Below the pieces are notes generated by a model. That model was given only the letters and a program-made list of their open reading frames with translations, was not told the DNA's origin and did no database searches. From contig OZ025800.1 of NCBI GenBank assembly GCA_964019425.1, positions 1,054,001-1,118,000 on the forward strand: a stretch of DNA of 64,000 bases. The letters are read 5' to 3'. Position numbers and translations under genes: made by a program. Positions 60,308-64,000 of the stretch are shown in pieces (the stretch's first letter is position 1; the number at the start of each line of letters is the position of its first letter). The DNA comes from Flectonema sp. DT1601. Lineage: Eukaryota.

Positions 60308-63300
60308 ATGGAAATTGACAACCCGACTCCGAGTGGTGTCGGAGCAGTCGCACCTCGATACACATCAATGAGAAGGAATGAAGGAGAAAGTGAATCAGAA
60401 TTATCTGGAGAGCTGTGGGTGGTATCGGGAAATTTCGGAGTTAAGAAGAAGAAGGCTTGGGTAGTTGTGAACTACGCTACTAAAAGACTTTCTATTTATT
60501 CTTCTTACAGTAGAGATCATTCAAAGCTGTTAGACGATGTTGATTTTAAACTAATTGTCAAACTGTTTTGGTTCACACACGACAGCAACATCCAGAGCGA
60601 GAGGTCCTCGACTCAAAAACCCCACCGCTTTTGGTATTTTGGTTTAGAATTAGTTAAAGAACCAGGTGGTACAGATCACCACTACCCACAGGAACCTGGT
60701 AAACAACAAGGTACGCATTACACTATTTCAATTTATTATTATCAAATCAACTACATCACAACACATTCATCAAACAGGTACTATGAGAGACAGAAGATCT
60801 GAAGTAGTCATATTTTGTTCTGACGTCAAAGAACACTACGCCAAATGGGAAGCATTCTTAGGAGGTGAAGAGAACATGACTGGTGGGGTAGTAGTCTCAA
60901 ACAGGGAAGACGCTAGAATCTATGAAAACAACGATAGAATAGTTGATTTAACAAATAATTTTGAATCTGAATTAGCAGCCATGAGAGCATCTCATGAGAG
61001 AGAATTACAACAACTAACTCAACAGATGAAGTCAAAGATCGACGACACGGAATCACAATACACAAATCAACTAAACGACGTTGTCGCCAGATCAGACCAC
61101 GAACGAATGATCTCCACCTTCACAATTCAAAAAAAGGAATTCCAGACTCGTGAAGTACAATTTCAAGAGGGTTTGAAATTCGCTCAAACAACGATAAAAA
61201 AGTTGACAGTTGAAAACAGCGAATTCTCTGGGAAATACACTTCAGAAATAACCAGATTAGAAGACGTCATCAGAGATCAGGAAGCGGAAAGACGCGATCT
61301 GCAAAGTCGTTTACAACTTGAAAAGGAAAGAGTAACTATCCTGACTCGAGAAGTAACTGATCGGGTCAGAGAAGACAATTCTTCTTCTAACAATGCTGTA
61401 CCAAAAAGAATATCCACGAATGATGATTTGGATGAAAATGTTAGGAATTTGGAAGCTCAAGTAGCTCAACTAAAGGCCAACAACAAGGCGTTAATGTCAC
61501 AGATAACTGACTCAGCAAAAAGTAACATTTCCGATGGATCTGATCAGCTTTCGGCAAAAATTCAAGAGCTTGAGGACGACAACTGTAAACTTGTTATGTT
61601 ACTTCAAGAAACTCAGGAGGAATTATCCAACAAAGACGAACAATTATCTTTCACTGGAGAAGCCATGGACAAGGCAGCAGATGAAATAGAACAACAGCGA
61701 GAACTTGTTTTTCAAATACACGAACTCCTTCAAGCAGAATTCCCAAATGACATCAGAGCAAAAGATCAACTTGGGACGATGGGTTTATTAGTTGATTTGA
61801 TAGAAGCTTTTCATAGCAAACAGTCAGAGTCAGCGCAGTCATTCCAACCGAGAGATGAATCAGAAACTATTCGTCTATTAGAAGAAGGATTAGAAGTAGC
61901 GAACAACTCACTGGCAGCAACTTCATGTGAACTTTCTAAAGCAACAAAACAACTAATCACAAGAACTAATGAGCTCATGGCTGCTGAAAAGAAAGTAGAG
62001 CAGCTTGGCGGCCATACATCACCTCGAGAGTCAACCGATAAGAATGACTCAGGAAATGGATTGCAATCACGTATTGATGCACTCACTTCTTCTTGTGATG
62101 AGAAGGACCGTAAAGGTATGTATTCTGTTGTGGTGGTAGTCTTTTAGTTTATCTTCCTCTTTGCGAAAATGGATAAAACAACAAAACAACACGACAGTCA
62201 AACTGTACGGAGATCGTATCCGTGACCTCGAAAAGAAACTAGCACTACTTGTCATTGGAGAAGGAGATGAAGTTGGTGTTGAAGAGAAAAGTTCATCAAT
62301 TGAAAGTGTGGTAACAAGTATTCAATCTCAAGCAGAAGTTTATAAAGCAAAGTTTGAAGAACAACAGGTCAAATCGAGAGAACATGAAGAGAAATTAGAA
62401 TTACTAATTAACGAACTTAACAGAGCAAAGGCTGAGAATGGTTTAGTGTTGTCAGCTTTGAAGAATGATCACGACATGGATATGAGTAGATTGTCATGTT
62501 TAAGTGATGCAGCATTGCAACAGTTGACTGATCTTACTGGAAAACAACACTCAGCAATACGTGATAAACTTCTATTAGAAGAGACAACAATAAGAAGTAC
62601 TATTGAAAGTGATTATAATAATCTACTCGTTGATCTCTTGGTTCTCAATCTTCATTTAGTAAGAGAGTCAATGGTGTCAATAAGTAGCCTCATTATCTCA
62701 GTATCTGGTAACACCAATCTCTCAATAGCAGACCACATCTCTTCATCAAACTTCGTAAAAGAAACTTCAAATTTGTTCAACAATGAAACCCTTTGTAGGT
62801 TTGATATTTATAGTTGTTTTGAAGATAATTTTATTTCATTTACTGTGGCATTTAATGCTGGAGTGGTTGAGAAATATCAATCAGTTTGGGGACAGTTAGG
62901 TTCGATAATGAATAGTTTTGGTCCATCAAGCCCAAGCAGAGACCCAGCTACTCACGTTAAGAATAAAGCAGATGAATATGCGCAGGCTCTCTCTGATATC
63001 AATGCGGTGTTGGATTGTAGTGAGATGGAAGCTGCTCCATTTGAAATTTCAAAAAATGCGATTTTACAAATAACAAGACAGCGAGAAGACTCAAACTTAG
63101 CATTAAGAAAAACTATGGAGATTGTCAAGAAGGTCTACACCGCTAATGAGGAAGAAACTCCGGTATTGCAACAGGTTGTCACTGAACTTGGTCACAACAT
63201 ATCAAATATTAAAGATGAATTATTATTATTATCAGGAAGTAGTGAAGAAAGTATAAACGACCTTTCGATTTCAGAATTGGTGTCACTCATAAAACAAAAC

Positions 63301-64000
63301 ACGGGAAGACTTCAGACATCTCTCACAACAGAAATAACAAGTCTCGCATCAACTGTTAGCTCAGCTACATCAAAGTTATCCATTCACTGTGGTGATAATT
63401 TATTAAATATTTCGGAGCTGGCTGCTGTTGTTAGTGACAAACTTACTACTTTACAGCAACAGAATGAGACCGCTACTACAAAATTACAACAGCACTGTGA
63501 CGACGATCACCTCCAACAGGGTTTGGAAAAACTGACTGATGTAGTTTGTGATAGGCTTCGTCTTTTAGAAAATCAAAGCCAGCAATCAGGTCAGATATTA
63601 TCCCCGTTTGTTGTTGATGGAAGTGAGAGTCTGCCAGAAATAGCAACGTCTGTTGTTGGCGTAATCACTGATGCTGTTAATAAATTAACTCCACTTTGTG
63701 ATGAAAGTTGTAAATCAACTTTAGGAGATCTGTCGACGGCTGTCGTTACCGACAATGAAAATATTAAAAAATTACTACTTCAGATCAACGGAGAGGATTC
63801 TTTACTGGCTGTTGAAAGTTTTGTTAACGATTTCTTGAAATCAAAAGATATCCTGTCGAAGTACTCTACTCCTTCAACAAACACTCTAACAGACTTATCT
63901 GAAACTGTCTCTCAACAGATTGATGTTGGAAGTGATTTACAGAAATTAATTAAAGATAAATTATTTCCATTCTTCACATCATCCAACAACGAAATTGATA
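60308..64000 (+). CDS. Large PH-domain/coiled-coil protein, 3' end beyond the window (more than 1180 aa, at least 3 exons)
   Basis: Exons 60308-60710, 60778-62115 and 62198 to beyond 64000, with phase-1 introns 60711-60777 and 62116-62197. PH-like LSGELWV...KKKAWVVV...LSIY...FCSD...YAKWEAFL is followed by long heptad-rich helices. I saw no stop in the third exon, which would explain its absence from the ORF track. Confidence 0.88.

Noticed and set aside
1..64000. CRISPR arrays, tRNA or rRNA genes, prokaryotic operon signals
   Set aside because: I saw no regularly spaced repeat-spacer array, cloverleaf or rRNA-like sequence, and the DNA is eukaryotic with spliceosomal introns.

Overview
AT-rich eukaryotic nuclear DNA in two halves. 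Bases 1 to about 30,500 contain no credible intact gene. They are dominated by poly(A)/poly(T) runs and several dispersed or tandem repeat families, and include one 1.67 kb DNA transposon with perfect terminal inverted repeats and a broken, internally deleted transposase-like ORF (6520-8185). Bases 30,640-64,000 hold 14 protein-coding genes, all on the + strand: a Pro-rich unknown, D-3-phosphoglycerate dehydrogenase (SerA type with ACT domain), an IQ-motif protein, the cytochrome bc1 hinge subunit QCR6, a Zn-ribbon/PAM2/poly-His/SAM-like protein, a degenerate full-size ABCG transporter, an F-box-like/chromo-barrel protein, a myotubularin-FYVE protein, two unknown membrane-anchored proteins, an FKBP-TPR protein, RNase P/MRP subunit POP4/Rpp29, a PDZ protein, and a large PH/coiled-coil protein that runs off the window end. 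The unidirectional gene array with short GT-AG introns suggests a polycistronically transcribed, trans-splicing protist such as a diplonemid-like euglenozoan (inference only). The most unusual signal is in the introns. Coding-region introns lack a polypyrimidine tract and end in A/C-rich tracts, and several can base-pair their 5' part with their 3' end, whereas gene-upstream AG sites have classical U/C tracts. All gene models were derived by hand from frame continuity and were not confirmed by database search or RNA data.
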